A stretch of DNA of 64,000 nt from Squalus acanthias (Eukaryota): positions 16,184,001-16,248,000 of the forward strand of contig CM059432.1 in NCBI GenBank assembly GCA_030390025.1, written 5' to 3'. Position 1 is the first letter of the stretch, and each line of letters opens with the position of its first letter. The position numbers were made by a program, and so were the translations under genes. The notes beneath the pieces are model-generated. The model was not told the DNA's origin. It saw only the letters and a program-made list of their open reading frames with translations, and did not search any database. Below, in pieces: positions 22,821 to 36,378 of the stretch.

Positions 22821-22919
22821 ACATTTTTAGAATTTCTTTTGGCCATTTTTCTACAGAAAGGTTTTGGTGTATCCTCATGCGTCAAAAAAGTGCACCCGGA
22901 CAAAGCATAGTTAGTATGT

Positions 22920-23085
22920 TAACATATGAAAATGGCAAACAGGTAAGGACCAGCTGGTCCATCAAGCTTGTCCCATATCATCATAGTGCGCATCGTGACC
23001 CCCACCCACCAGAGTCCACATGAAATCCTGGAAGAGGCAAAAAAAAACCTAGCCCAATTTGGGGAGTGGGGGGGATGAATCTGGG
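22920..23085 (-). mobile_element. degenerate CR1-type 3' end
   Basis: AGGTAAGGACCAGCTGGTCCATCAAGC terminal hairpin pattern. Confidence 0.45.
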
Positions 23086-24434
23086 AAATTTCTCTCCAAC
23101 ACTTGAAGGCGAACAAAACAGGTCCCAGGAGACCAATGATCAAGAGACACTTTGCACAAAACCCCATCTACCTTTTGTAGGCCGTGATTTCGGCCTCATT
23201 CTAAATGGAGGTTTTGTTTCCCAGAGTCTAAATAATAAGCCTCTAGGTAATCGGAAAACATCTCTCGCCCATTGCATCCGAAAACTTTGATCTCTGTCTG
23301 TCTGTGAAACGGGGGATAAGAGAGACGCAGACACGTAAAAGGCAACCTGGCTTTTGGAAACAGGATGCTGCACAGGCAGCCACGTAGGAAAAGGTTGCAA
23401 AAGACAGGAGATGGCAGGGGGAGGAGGATTCTCTCAGGGCTGTAGGACAGAATGCAAAGGAGTTCGTCCATTTAAGTCAAGTAAGGTGACCCACTGAAGT
23501 GGGGTAGCATAGCATTTTCATTATTTTTATGTTATTACATGGAGATAAGCTGAATCAATTGAACTAAATGAATCTGAGCATAATTATTGCTCTCTGTAGT
23601 TACTGTGGAATAAAGCAGCCTAACGATTTGAACCAAGCCTTGCCTCATCTGGTGTTAACTAGGTCCAGCTTCAGAGAGATTGAAGACATAGACATGCAAA
23701 GAAACATGGATTTCAGCTTCAGGTCATAAGGGGCTTCCATCATTACACCCTCAGGCCCTGCTACCATGAAAGTAAATATAGGGCAAAGAGAGTTAACTCC
23801 CATAAATTAAGACACTTGCGTGAGCATCAGACCTGAATTCATAACAGAGGCTGCAGGCCACGACCCTTGCCCAGACCTCCCATGTGGGTCCCGTCTCTGA
23901 GGTCAATGCACCTCTTCCTTCTGTTACTGGTTGACGATCTCCCAAACGACATATCCTAGGCCAGGGCCAAGAGCACTCGCAGCGTTGGGACTCCCTACCT
24001 CCTCTACCCACCCCAGACAAGGCTTCCGGCATAGTCAGGAGAACCTGCCGTATCTGAATCCTGGCCTATTTTCTGGCCCGGCTGCTCACTCCCACTGGAA
24101 TGGAATTACGGCCCAAATATTTTGTACGCTTTGTAAGAATGCTACATTTTGAATATAAATGAAGGCTAGCCACGGACGCAATACACTGAGACATTTGCTT
24201 TTATGTTGCTGGATATCTGACATGAACAGAAACCCATCAACGTGTTTAACAGTCTTCAAAGCAAGCCATTGAGAAATCATTGTATGTAGAATTTCTGTCT
24301 ACCTGATACGGAGTGCACATTTTCTCCCCTTAAGGTCACACGGCACTTGCCCAAGTCCAGAGAGCTTAGGCGCTAGTTGACAGAGCCAAGGTTTAGAAGC
24401 CCCCAAGTCTACGCAACGGCACTGCCACAGTTTA

Positions 24435-27210
24435 CATAAGAACATAAGAACATAAGAAATAGGAGCAGGAGTAGGCCAATCGGCCCCTCGAGCCTGCTCC
24501 GCCATTCAATAAGATCATGGCTGATCTGATCCTAACCGCCAATCTACTATCTATCACAGAACCATCTCCTGCATCTAACAGAATTGCACACACGAAATAG
24601 GAGCAGAATCAGGCTACACAGTCCCTGGGCCCGCTCCACTACCCACAGGGCCATGACCGATCCGAACCTAGACTCATGTCCAAATTCCTGCCCGCTCCCC
24701 GTAACCCTTAATGCCCTTTACTTCTAGGAAACTGTCTATTTCTGTTTTAAATTTAATTAATGTTGTAGCTTCTACAGCTTTTTGTGGCAGCATATTCCAT
24801 GGACCTACCACCCTCTGAGTGAAGTAGTTCCTCCTCATCTCAGTTTTGAAAGAGCAGCCCCTTATTCTAAGACTATGTCCCCTAGTTCTCGTCTCACCCG
24901 TCATCGGGAACATCCTCCCCGCATCCACCCGATCCAACCCCTTCACAATCTTATATGTTTCAATAAGATCGCCTCTCATTCTTCTGAACTCCAATGAGTA
25001 GAGTCCCAATCTACCCAACCTCTCCTCATATGACCACCCCCTCATCCCCGGGATTAACCGAGTGAACCTTTTTTGCACTGCCTCGAGAGCAAGGATGTCT
25101 TTCCTTAAGTAAGGACACCAAAACTGTATGCAGTATTCCAGGTGCGGTCTCACCAATACCTTGTACAACTGAAGCAATACCTCCCTATTTTTATATTCTA
25201 TCCCCCTAGCAATGAAAGCCAACATTCCATTTGCCTTCTTAATCACTTGCTGCACCTGCATACTAACCTTTTGAGTTTCGTGCACCAGGACCCCCAGATC
25301 CCTTTGCACTTCAGTACTCTCCAGTTTCTTGCCATTAAGATAATAAATTGCTCTAGGATTTTTCCTGCCAAAGTGCATCACCTCACACTTTCCAGTGTTG
25401 TATTCCATCTGCCAAATCTCTGCCCACTTACTTAGCCTGTCTATGTCCCCTTGCAGGTTTTTTATGTCCTCCTCACTCACTACTTTCCCTCCCATCTTTG
25501 TATCATCTGCAAATTTTGATATGTTACACTTGGTCCCTTCCTCCAAATCGTTAATATAGATTGTGAAGAGTTGGGGACCCAGCACTGACCCCTGTGGAAC
25601 ACCACTAGTTACTGATTGCCAGTCTGAGAATGAACCATTTATCCCAACTCTTTGCTTTCTGTTAGATAGCCAATCCTCTATCCATGCCAGAATATTACCC
25701 CCAATCCCGTGATTTTTTACCTTAAGCAATAATCTTTTGTGTGGCACCTTGTCAAATGCCTTTTGGAAGTCTAAATACACTACGTCCACTGGTTCCCCTT
25801 TATCCACTCTATATGTTACTTCCTCAAAGAACTCCAGCAAATTTGTCAAACATGACTTCCCCTTCGTAAAACCATGCTGACTTTGTCCTATTAAATTATG
25901 ATTATCCAAATGTCCTGTTACTGTTTCCTTAATAATGGACTCCAAAATTTTACCTACCACAGATGTTAGGCTAACCGGTCTATAGTTACCAGCCTTCTGT
26001 CTACTGCCCTTTTTAAATAAGGGTGTTACATTAGCAGTTTTCCAGTCTGCCGGGACCTTAGCGGAATCCAGGGAGTTTTGAAAAATTATTACCAATGCAT
26101 CTACAATCCCTACCGCCACTTCCTTCAAGACTCTAGGATGTAAGCCATCAGGTCCAGGTGATTTATCCGCCTTGAGTCCCATTATTTTACCGAGTACCAC
26201 TTCCTTAGTGATTTTGATCGTGTTTAGCTCCTCTCCCCCTATAGCCCCCTGTTTGTCCAGTGTTGGGATATTCTTAGTGTCCTCTACTGTAAAGACTGAT
26301 ACAAAATATTCATTCAGTGTTTTTGCCATCTCCATATTTCCCACCATTAATTTCCCGGTCTCATCCTCTAAGGGACCAACATTTACTTTAGCCACCCTTT
26401 TTCTTTTTATATAACTATAAAAACTCTTACTATCTGTTTTTATATTTTTTGCTAATTTACTTTCATAATCTATCTTCCCTTTCTTAATCAATCTTTTTGT
26501 TATTTTTTGCTGCCTTTTAAAGTTTTCCCAATCCTCTGTCCTCCCACTAGATTTCGCTACCTTATATGCCCTTGTTTTTAGTCGAATACTATCCTTAATT
26601 TCTTTACTTAGCCACGGATGACTGTCCTTTCTTTTACACCCTTTTCTTTTCAGTGGAATATATTTTTTTTGGAAGTTGTAAAATAACTCCTTGAATGTAC
26701 ACCACTGATCATGTGTCGTCTTACCCTTTAATCTATTTTCCCAATCCACTCTACTCAATTCCGCTCGCATACCTTCATAGTCTCCTTTATTCAAGCTTAG
26801 CACGCTTGTTTGAGATCCAACCTTCTCACCCTCTAATTGAATATGGAATTCAACCATGTTATGGTCACTCATTCCAAGGGGATCCTTTACTAGGACATTT
26901 TTAATTAATCCTGTCTCGTTACACAGGACCAGATCTAAGGTTGCTTGCCCCCTGGTCGGTTCAGTTACATACTGCTCAAGAAACCCATCCCTAATACACT
27001 CAATGAACTCATCCTCAAGGCAGCCCTGCCCCATTTGATTTGTCCAATTAATATGATAGTTAAAATCCCCCATAATTATAGATGTTCCCTTATTACATGC
27101 CTCAACTATTTCCTGATTGATACTCCGTCCAATAGAGTTGCAACTGTTCGGAGGCCTATAGACTACGCCCACTAATGTTTTTTTCCCCTTATTATTCCTT
27201 ATCTCCATTC
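24435..27210 (-). mobile_element. young 5'-truncated CR1 with doubled 3' terminal module
   Basis: Uninterrupted ~845-aa frame, ATAAGAAC tail, short TTTA duplication at the flanks. Confidence 0.95.
24674..27210 (-). CDS. CR1 ORF2 (partial APE, complete RT), open frame
   Basis: VYRPPN, MGDFN, SDHN, KAFDKVPH, GVPQGSVLGP, FADD. Confidence 0.9.
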
Positions 27211-28639
27211 CTTTAACCAACTAAAGCTGCACAGCCGACCAGCGCAGAGGACTTTTAAGCTTTCCACTGCTTGTCCAGCTAGGACCACCATTAGGGCGTT
27301 GCAGCGTGAGAAGAATTCCAATCTCAAGTGACAGATTCCATTAGTGAGCTGGTTAATCATCGACACTGTCCTGGAGTACAGCAGACACGCCTGTTTCAGG
27401 TATCTGGTTACCGAGTCTGGCACGGAGGGTTGGCTTCTTCCAAACTTCCATTTCCAGACATGTCAATCTTGGAGCCACTTCAATTCCAAAGAGATCATTT
27501 GCCTGCCCCATAAAGGAGGGTAGTCACTAGTTGGTCATTAGAATGGTTAAAGTCCTTAATCGTAACAGCAGGAACACGAAGGTCTATGGTTTGGAAGTAA
27601 ACAAAGTTCAGTCATGCAGCTACCATGCTGGGGCAATAGCCTTTACTTTACTGGATACTAAGAGATAGCTAATGTCCTTAATTGGGTCAATGAGGGCAAT
27701 TCATATAAAAAGTGCACTCTCTGAGCAGCCAACGATAACCGTTGCTCACACAGACTAATGGATATGTGGAGTGGACTCTGAAGGTAAAGTGGTTAATGAC
27801 ACCTTTAAAAAAAGTGGAACTGGATGAATACCTGGTTAGGAATGCAATTGAGGTTCATAATGTTAGATCCAGAAAGAGGTGATCAAATCTCGCGTGGATC
27901 CTGAGTTGCGAGGACCAATTAGAAATGTTACACCAAGATGATTGCATGATATAAGATAATCCATGATAGAGTGAATCAGACATAGTTTATGGAAGAAATG
28001 GGCTCAATTGGACAGAATTGGCAATCAGTAACATCGCCAAGTGGTTGCCAATTCTGTCCAAGCAGGAAGAGGCAGCCCTCTCCAAACGGTCGCCCAGCCA
28101 TGCCTTGGCAGCAGTGTGAGTTACAAAGAGCAAACTGATCCTGTGTATTCAGGGCATCCACTGCGGGGTTCCCTGGACTGTCGTGCTCGCCAGGGTTGCT
28201 TTCAGTGCTGTGAATTATGGTGCTGAAAACGCTACCCTTGGACTCCTCCGGTTGGGCGTGATTGTAACCAGCCTGCAGTGCCTTTAATAGGTCTGATGCT
28301 CAGCCTTCATATAAAGGAAAGACCCCTGACATCAGGGTCCACAGGTTCCAGAGCCGAAATGAGATGTCTCCTGACCCTCAGCCCAGGAACTTCAGACTCT
28401 CATTTTCCACCCCCTACTCCTGCTCACATGCTTTGTGTATCACCCTCTGTGATCTCGTCGTGCTCCCTACCTACCCGCCCCTGCAGTTGGATATCTCTAG
28501 GCTGGTGCCAGTAAGAGAGTGGGTGAAGGAGTGCTAGCAGGGACTGAAGCAGACAGGCCTAGCTGGGGGGGTAAGTACTGAGTGGGGTGCCTCAGCATTT
28601 GGCAGTGGAACCACTACTGTTTCTACTTTACGGAAATGG

Positions 28640-29197
28640 ATTCAGAAACTGAGAGCAAAGTGGTTAAATTTGCAGATGATACCAAACTAGGAGGGTAATG
28701 AAATGAGAAGAGGCAGCTCAGAAATTGTGGAATGAGTTGGACAAGACTTTTGAGCAGGTCAATGGCAGATAAACTGTAACATAAATAAGTGTAAAGTGCT
28801 ACAAATAGGAAGGAAAAATAAATAACACACATCATACTTCACGAATGGTGTTCAAATAGCTACGGATGAGTCTTAGTAGACTCGACACTAAACATGTCCA
28901 AGTACTGCAGAGCATCAAGGGAATCAAAGGATATGGAGATCGGACGGGAAAGTGGAGTTGAGGTAGAAGATCAGCCATGATCTTATTGAATGGCAGAGCA
29001 GGCTCAAGAGGCCGAATGGCCTACTCCTGCTCCTAGTTCTTATGTTCCTTTTTTAGAACAGCAATCAACAAAGCCAACAGAGTATTGAACTACACAGTCA
29101 AATCATTAGAATGTAAGTCAGTGGAGGTAGTGATTAAACTTGATACCCCTCTTGGCAGATCGCACCTTGACTACTGCATCCAGTTCTGGTCACCAAC
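28640..29197 (+). mobile_element. old CR1 RT fragment with a younger CR1 3' end at ~28912-29048; resumes ~29947-30050
   Basis: AAATTTGCAGATGATACCAAACT (KFADDTK) and HLDYCIQFWSP. Confidence 0.75.
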
Positions 29198-29206
29198 AAG
29201 CGAGAG

Positions 29207-29937
29207 TCTAACCACCGCCCCTTGACATTCAACGGCATTACCATCGCCGAATCCCCCACCATCAACATCCTGGGGGTCACCATTGACCAGATACTTAACT
29301 GGACCAGCCACATTAATACTGTGGCAACAAGAGCAGGTCAGAGGCTAGGTATTCTGTGCCAAGTGTCTCACCTCCTGACTCCCCAAAGTCTTTCCACCAT
29401 CTACAAGGCACAAGTAAGGAGTGTGATGGAATACTCTCCACTTGTCTGGATGAGTGCAGCTCCAACAACACTCAAGAAGCTCGACACCATCCAGGACAAA
29501 GCAGCCCGCTTGATTGGCACCCCATCCACCACCTTAAACATTCACTCCCTCCACCACCGGTGTACTGTGGCTGCAGTGTGTACCATCTACAAGATGCACT
29601 GCAGCAACTCGCCATGGCTTCTTCAGCAGCACCTCCCAAACCCGTGACCTCTTCCACCTAGAAGGACAAGGGCAGCAGGAGCATGGGAACACCACCGCCT
29701 CCAAGTTCCCCTCCAAGTCACACACCATCCTGACTTGGAAGTATATTGCCGTTCCTTCATCGTCGCTGGGTCAAAATCCTGGAACTCCCTACCTAACAGC
29801 ACTGTGGGAGTACCTTCACCACACGGACTGCAGCGGTTCAAGAAGGCGGCTCACCACCACCTTCTCAAGAGGCAACTAGGGATGGGCAAGAAATGCTGGC
29901 CTTGCCAGCGACGCCCACATCCCATAGATGAAAAAAA
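29207..29937 (+). mobile_element. LINE family B 3' fragment inserted in old CR1
   Basis: ILGVTIDQILNW...; A-tail; AAGCGAGAG duplicated at 29198-29206 and 29938-29946. Confidence 0.9.
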
Positions 29938-30224
29938 AAGCGAGAGAGACATTCAAGCACCGGAGGCAGTGCGGAGAAGAGCCAGGAGGCTGAACCCCCA
30001 GTGTCGGGGGCCTGAGCTCTAAGGAACAGACTGCAGAAACTGGCTCCCTTCGTGGGTTCGGTTCACAGGCTGATAGGGAGAGAAGATAGAAATACCAACT
30101 GGAATTTCCACACAAATGAGCCCATGGGCAACGGGGAAACTTCCAATCAGAGTTTAATATGTTGGGGGTTTTCCTTTGTTTTGATGATAGATATTGACTT
30201 ACTGTTTGCGTTTAATTGTAAATC

Positions 30225-30300
30225 TGAAAAAGAAAACCCACAAATGCTGGAAATACACAGAGGGTCAGTGAGCAATTGAAAGAGAAAGAGAAGTTTCATT
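30225..30300 (-). mobile_element. degenerate Penelope terminal remnant
   Basis: AAATGCTGGAAATACACAG..GGTCAG resembles the reverse complement of 12065-12125. Confidence 0.4.
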
Positions 30301-30982
30301 TTGCAGAGCAGTTGTAATCAGTATTTTATTGTACCTGGGTTATTTTTGTGTGCGGTTTTGTATTAAGTAAAAAAGAAAAAGAAAACTTCTGAAATAATGC
30401 TTGGGGAGTAGTGATGTGCTGGAACACACACCTGATATTTTGGGTGTAAAAGATGCCCTCCGAAGCCCACATTAGTTTGAAATAAAGGCAATGCTTAGCT
30501 GTCTGCTCCCACAGATTCTAACCTGAGCTTTTCTAACCTCACTTGCGTGCGTACATGTGTTCACTCTCTCGCTCGCTCGCCCCTCTCTCTGGTTCCCCAA
30601 GGGCCAAGCTGAGGGCCGCTGCCAGTGTTGCAACCAGCGCAAATTGGTGGCCTCCAAACCGGCGAGCTGCATCGGGACGGGCGATCGGTATCCACAGCTC
30701 GCCCGTTAAATACAGATGAGGCCCAGTGCAGAGTCCGCACACCGGCACAGACCGACGCACGGAGCAATCGCTCTGCTGACTTGTCAGCCCCCAATTGTTA
30801 ACATCAAGCGTTCTCAGGTCAGGTATAGCACAGCTCAATGAAGAGCATTCTGCCTCGGCCATGTGCTTGATTCAGCGTCAACCTTAGTAGAGTACTCCCG
30901 AATGGGCCAGTGTGGCAATGTTTCCATTTCCCACACCGAATGAAATGGATTGAGACTGCAAAAACTCATTTCACACTAGAAG

Positions 30983-31112
30983 CATAGAAACATAGAAGAT
31001 AGGAGCAGGAGTAGGCCATTCGGCCCCTCGAGCCTGCTCCGCCATTTAATGAGATCATGGCTGATCATCCAAATTCAGTACCCTGTCCCTGCTTTCTCCC
31101 CATATCCCTTGA
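30983..31112 (-). mobile_element. short CR1 3' end (same subfamily as 8878)
   Basis: Near-identical to 8890-9014. Confidence 0.9.
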
Positions 31113-31195
31113 TAGGACCCTTACAGCCAGCAGATAGAGGAGACCTTTGTCATCCAGTCAGACCGGGACTTAAACCCGTTTCTCACTTCAGCGCA

Positions 31196-32043
31196 TCTTC
31201 TTCTTCGGCAGTTCCTCGGAACCGAGGATGACTTGCTTCCACATTAAAAATGAGTTCTCAGGTGACTGATGAGTCCAATGCGGGACCTACAGTCTCTGTC
31301 ACAGGTGGGGCAGACGGTGGTTGAAGGGGCGGGGGGTGGGGTGCTTGGGTTGACGTGCGCTCCTTGCGCTGCTTGCGCTTGGCTTCCACTTGCTCCCGGA
31401 GAAGAGACACGAGGTATTCGGTGCCTTACCGGATGCTTCTCCTCCACTTTGTGTGGTCTTGGGCCAGGGATTCCCAGGTGTCAGTGGGGATGTTGCACTT
31501 TTTCAAGGAGGCTTTGAGGGTGTCCTTGAAGCGTTTCCTCTGCCCACCTGGGGCTCTCTTGCCGTGTCGGAGCTCCGAGTAGAGTGCTTGTTTTGGGAGT
31601 CTCGTATCGGGCATGCGGACGATGTGGCCCGTCCATTGGAGCTGATCGAGCGTGGTCAAAGCTTCGATGCTGGGGATGTTGGCCTGAGCGAGAACACTGA
31701 CGTTGGTGCGCCTATCCTGCCAATAGATTTGCAGGATCTTGCGGAGGCAGCGTTGGTGGTACCTCTCCAGTGCTTTGAGGTGCCTGATGTACATGGTCCA
31801 TGTCTCTGAGGCATACAGGAGGGCGGGTATTACTACTGCTCTGTAGACCATGAGCTTGGTGCCGGGTTTGAGGCCCTGGTCTTCAAACACTCTCTTCCTC
31901 AGGCGACCGAAGGCTGCACTGGCATACTGAAGGCAGTGTTGGACTTCGTCATCGATGTCTGCCCTTGTTGACAGTAGGCTCCCGAGGTATGGAAAGTGGT
32001 CCACGTTGTCCAAGGCCTTGTTGTGGATTTTGATAATCGGGGG
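31196..32043 (-). mobile_element. RTE-clade LINE 3' fragment
   Basis: VDHFPYLGS, TKLMVYRAVVIPALLYASETW, GHIVRMPDTRLPKQ, CPTCDRDC..GLISH; (GAA)n tail. Confidence 0.92.
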
Positions 32044-32045
32044 AC

Positions 32046-32430
32046 ATAAAGCTAGGCTGACACTCCAGTGCAGTGCTGAGGGAGTGCTACACTGTCGGAG
32101 GTGCCATCTTTCGGATAAGACGTTAAACCAAGGCCCTGGCTGCTCTCTCAGGTGGACGTAAAAGATCCCATGGCACTATTTTGAAGAAGAGCAGGGGAGT
32201 TATCCCCGGTGTCCTGGCAAATATTTATCCCTCAATCAACATCACTAAAAACAGACTATCTGGTCATTATCACATTGCTGTTTCTGGGACCTTGCTGTGC
32301 ACAAATTGGCTGCCGCGTTTCCCACATTACAACAGTGACTACACTTCAAAAAGTACTTCATTGGCTGTAAAGCGCTTTGAGACATCCTGAGGTCATGAAA
32401 GGCGCTATCGAAATGCAAGTCTTTTTTTCT
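32046..32430 (+). mobile_element. Deu-type SINE lacking its tRNA head
   Basis: Matches the body and 3' end of the full copies at 37981 and 44316. Confidence 0.85.
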
Positions 32431-33254
32431 ATGAAAGGCACTTAAACCATCAGGGAGAGAAGTTGTTGGGGGTGATTTTTCAAGTGCATACTGGCCATGG
32501 CGAACCTCATCTGCCACAAGTGCATATCAGAAAATCATAGGCGCGCTGCCCCGATGAACTGCGCAAAGGTAAGACATGGGCACTGTTCTGAGGTTATCTG
32601 CCACCAGCTGTGCCCCTCATTACCTCTTTAAATCTTCTTTTTAAGTTCCAGCTTTAAACACGACTTGTTGTCACAGCGCATTAATACAATAAAGTTACAT
32701 CCAACAGTTTGTGTACTTTTTTAAGAAGCTTTGTTGTCTTATTTCTGATGAAAAATGACAAGGCCTTTGCCAGGCCCGCCCTGTTTGAGGCGAGCCAGCT
32801 GACCAACCCTGACTGACCGCTGAGGCCAGCGAGATTAGCTGAACCCAGGGTCCTAACCATGTTTAGCGCAACGGCAACTTTTACCCACCCCGCTTTGCCC
32901 CCCCCTCCCCCACCCTAAAATAAGCAACAACAAGGAATGAGGCAGAAAGACAGGATGGTTTGTCCGACCCAACAAATACTGCAAAACAGGCTCTTGGGGC
33001 AATGCGCACACAGCCAGGGGGATTCCTTTAAAATCTATTGTCAAGACTATTGAAGATGCAGAACACCGATCCAATCAGAAACGGGTCTAAAATTTTATTC
33101 AGAGAGTTCATTTTTTTTTTAAATAAGGGGAAATTTTACACGGTCAGCTCATGTCGGAAAATTGGCGACACAAGGCCTGGCAAAATTTGCCCTGTAACAT
33201 GCGAAGAATTGTGTCTTGCCTTGCTGGAATGTTCATCTTGTGTGCAATACTTAT

Positions 33255-33638
33255 ACCGTGCACACAATCTCGGCTGACACCCCAGCGCAGTACCGGCAGA
33301 GTGCCGTGTTGTCTGAGGTGGAACCTTTCGGGTAAGGCGTTAAACCGCGGGCCCCGCAGCCATTTAAGATGGATGGGAACGAAGTCAGTGGAAGAAGAGC
33401 GTGAGTTCGCCCAGCGACTTGGCTAATATTCCTTCCTCAAGCAACAACGCCAAAAACAGATCAGACAGTTATTTAGCTCATGTGATGTTGACGGAATCTT
33501 GCTGTGAGCAAATTGGCGGCTGCATTTGCTTACTTAACAACGGTGACTACTCGTCAAAAAAATAATTAATTGAATCCGAAGTGCTTCCAGCTGTAAAGAG
33601 GAAGCGATAAGGCGCTACGTGAATGGATGTTCTTTCTT
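33255..33638 (+). mobile_element. diverged Deu-type SINE
   Basis: GGCTGACAC...TTAAACCG...CAAATTGGCGGCTGC...AAGGCGCTA landmarks in order. Confidence 0.7.
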
Positions 33639-33915
33639 ATACTATTCTCTGCAAGTATGGGTGTGTACGTTCAAGCTATTTACATCTATTGTACATGTTA
33701 CACTCTCCCCTTCTCAGCAGACAGAAGGATTATTGTAATTTTGCACAAAGGCACCAAATCCCATTTGTATTTTGGCCTTTTGCACAGTCAGTGATAATAT
33801 AGCCCTCAGACTATTTATATAAAAAATGTTTAGTGCATTCCTAAAGCATTTATCATTTGGGGGACTCTGGGAGTGCATGCAGTATTATTTATTTAAAGAA
33901 ATATTTCTACACGAT

Positions 33916-36378
33916 GGGGGGAGTCTTAACCCTCAAGAACGGTTGGATTGGGGCGGGTGGGAAGTAGCAATTTAAAAAATCTCAAACCCCACCCCCACCC
34001 CACCTCCAACCCGCCCACTTCTGGTTTTAACGGAGGTGGGTCGCCGGGCAGGCGACCGATTCGCTCACACGAGGCGGGTCTGTCAGTAAAATCTTTTAAG
34101 GAGGCGGCGTGCCTCCATTTTAACAGCATTTCTATTTTTATCTCATGGAGGCCGGGATTCCCGGGGCTTGGGAAACCCGGCAAATTAAAGGAGGCGAGAA
34201 GGGCTGGATCCATGAGGTGAGTGCGTTTACAGCACTGCTTGTGGGCCAAGAGGAGCAGAAGTGTTTCCTCCAGGCCCAACCAGCTTTATCGCTTTACAGA
34301 CCCCACGATCAGCTAAACCTCCCCCCACCCACAATCACCGACTCTCCCCACCCCCCCCGATCACCAACTCTCCCCTCACCCCCCCGCCGATCACCAACTC
34401 TCCCCTCACACTCCCCGATCACCAACTCTCCCCTCACACTGCCCCGATCACCAACTCTCCCCTCACACTCCCCGATCACCAACTCTCCCCTCACACTGCC
34501 CCGATCACCAACTCTCCCCTCACACTCCCCCGATCACCAACTCTCCCCTCACACTGCCCCGATCACCACCTCTCCCCTCACACCCCCCCGATCACCAACT
34601 CTCCCCTCACACTGCCCCGATCACCACCTCTCCCCTCACACCCCCCCCGATCACCAACTCTCCCCTCACACTGCCCCAATCACCAACTCTCCCCTCACAC
34701 TCCCCCGATCACCAACTCTCCCCTCACACTGCCCCGATCACCAACTCTCCCCTCACACCCCCCCGATCACCAACTCTCCCCTCACACTCCCCCGATCACC
34801 AACTCTCCCCTCACCCCCCGCCGATCACCAACTCTCCCCTCACACTTCCCCGATCACCAACTCTCCCCTCACACTGCCCCGATCACCAACTCTCCCCTCA
34901 CACTTCCCCGATCACCAACTCTCCCCTCACACCCCCCCCGATCACCAACTCTCCCCTCACACTGCCCCGATCACCAACTCTCCCCTCACACCCACCCCCC
35001 CAATCACCAACTCTCCCCTCACACCCCCCCGATCACCAACTCTCCCCTCACACTCCCCCGATCACCAACTCTCCCCTCCCACCCCCCCGATCACCAACTC
35101 TCCCCTCACACTCCCCCCGATCACCAACTCTCCCCTCACACTCCCCCGATCACCAACTCTCCCCTCACACTCCCCCCGATCACCAACTCTCCCCTCACAC
35201 TCCCCCCATCACCAACTCTCCCCTCACACCCCCCCGATCACCAACTCTCCCCTCACACTCCTCCGATCACCAACTCTCCCCTCCCACCCCCCCGATCACC
35301 AACTCTCCCCTCACACTCCCCCGATCACCAACTCTTCCCTCACACTCCCCCGATCACCAACTCTCCCCTCACACTGCCCCGATCACCAACTCTCCCCTTA
35401 CACTGCCCCGATCACCAGCTCTCCCCTCACACTGCCCCGATCACCAACTCTCCCCTCACACTCCTCCGATCACCAACTCTCCCCTCCCACCCCCCCAATC
35501 ACCAACTCTCCCCTCACACTCCCCCGATCACCAACTCTCCCCTCACACTCCCCCGATCACCAACTCTCCCCTCACACTCCCCCCATCACCAACTCTCCCC
35601 TCACACCCCCCCGATCACCAACTCTCCCCTCACACTCCCCCCGATCACCAACTCTCCCCTCACACTCCCCCCATCACCAACTCTCCCCTCACACCCCCCC
35701 GATCACCAACTCTCCCCTCACACTCCTCCGATCACCAACTCTCCCCTCCCACCCCCCCCCGATCACCAACTCTCCCCTCACACTCCCCCGATCACCAACT
35801 CTCCCCTCACACTCCCCCGATCACCAACTCTCCCCTCACACTGCCCCGATCACCAACTCTCCCCTTACACTGCCCCGATCACCAACTCTCCCCTCACACT
35901 GCCCCGATCACCAACTCTCCCCTCACACTCCCCCCGATCACCAACTCTCCCCTCACACTCCCCCCGATCACCAACTCTCCCCTCACACTCCCCCGATCAC
36001 CAACTCTCCCCTCACACGCCCCACCCGATCACCAACTCTCCCCTCACATTCCCGATCTCCAACTGAAGAGTCCAACTTCGATCTCTCCCTCCGCACGGTC
36101 TCCACCCTGCCCCGCGATCTTCCCTCCTCCCCCCCCACCGCAATCTCTCACCCCCTCCCTCCCTCCCTCCTCTCCTCTCCGCTCCCCGGCTGCGGCCTTG
36201 TGCCGCAGGCATTCCTGCCCGACCAGCAGCCAGCCTGTCAATCAGGGCTGACTGTCTTGCTGGAATCCTGCTGTAAAAATTTAAAGGACTTCCTGCTGTT
36301 AATTTTGGCAGGACGTCTGGGAAACCTGTACATCTTCCTCATCGCTCTCTTCACGGCCCCCGAATAAATAACGGGGCC
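33916..36378. mobile_element. non-autonomous DNA transposon with expanded internal minisatellite
   Basis: GAT flanks both ends; the left part is the reverse-complement homologue of 42350-42709 and 46900-47158; the right end resembles the reverse complement of 41149 GGCCCCGATA. Confidence 0.7.
34358..36058. repeat. ~29-bp C-rich minisatellite GATCACCAACTCTCCCCTCACACT(G/C)CCCC, roughly 55-60 copies
   Basis: Directly visible tandem array, unit 27-33 bp. Confidence 0.98.

Noticed and set aside
24300..27515. Host exon disrupted by the CR1 at 24435-27210
   Set aside because: After rejoining the flanks by eye, the frames I tried hit stops and gave no recognisable protein.
34358..36058. CRISPR-like array (~29-bp repeats)
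   Set aside because: No unique spacers, no cas genes, eukaryotic context.
34145..36367. 740-aa and 601-aa Pro/Ser/Thr/His-rich ORFs resembling extensin or mucin
   Set aside because: Artefacts of a stop-free C-rich minisatellite with unit lengths not divisible by three; several frames are open at once.
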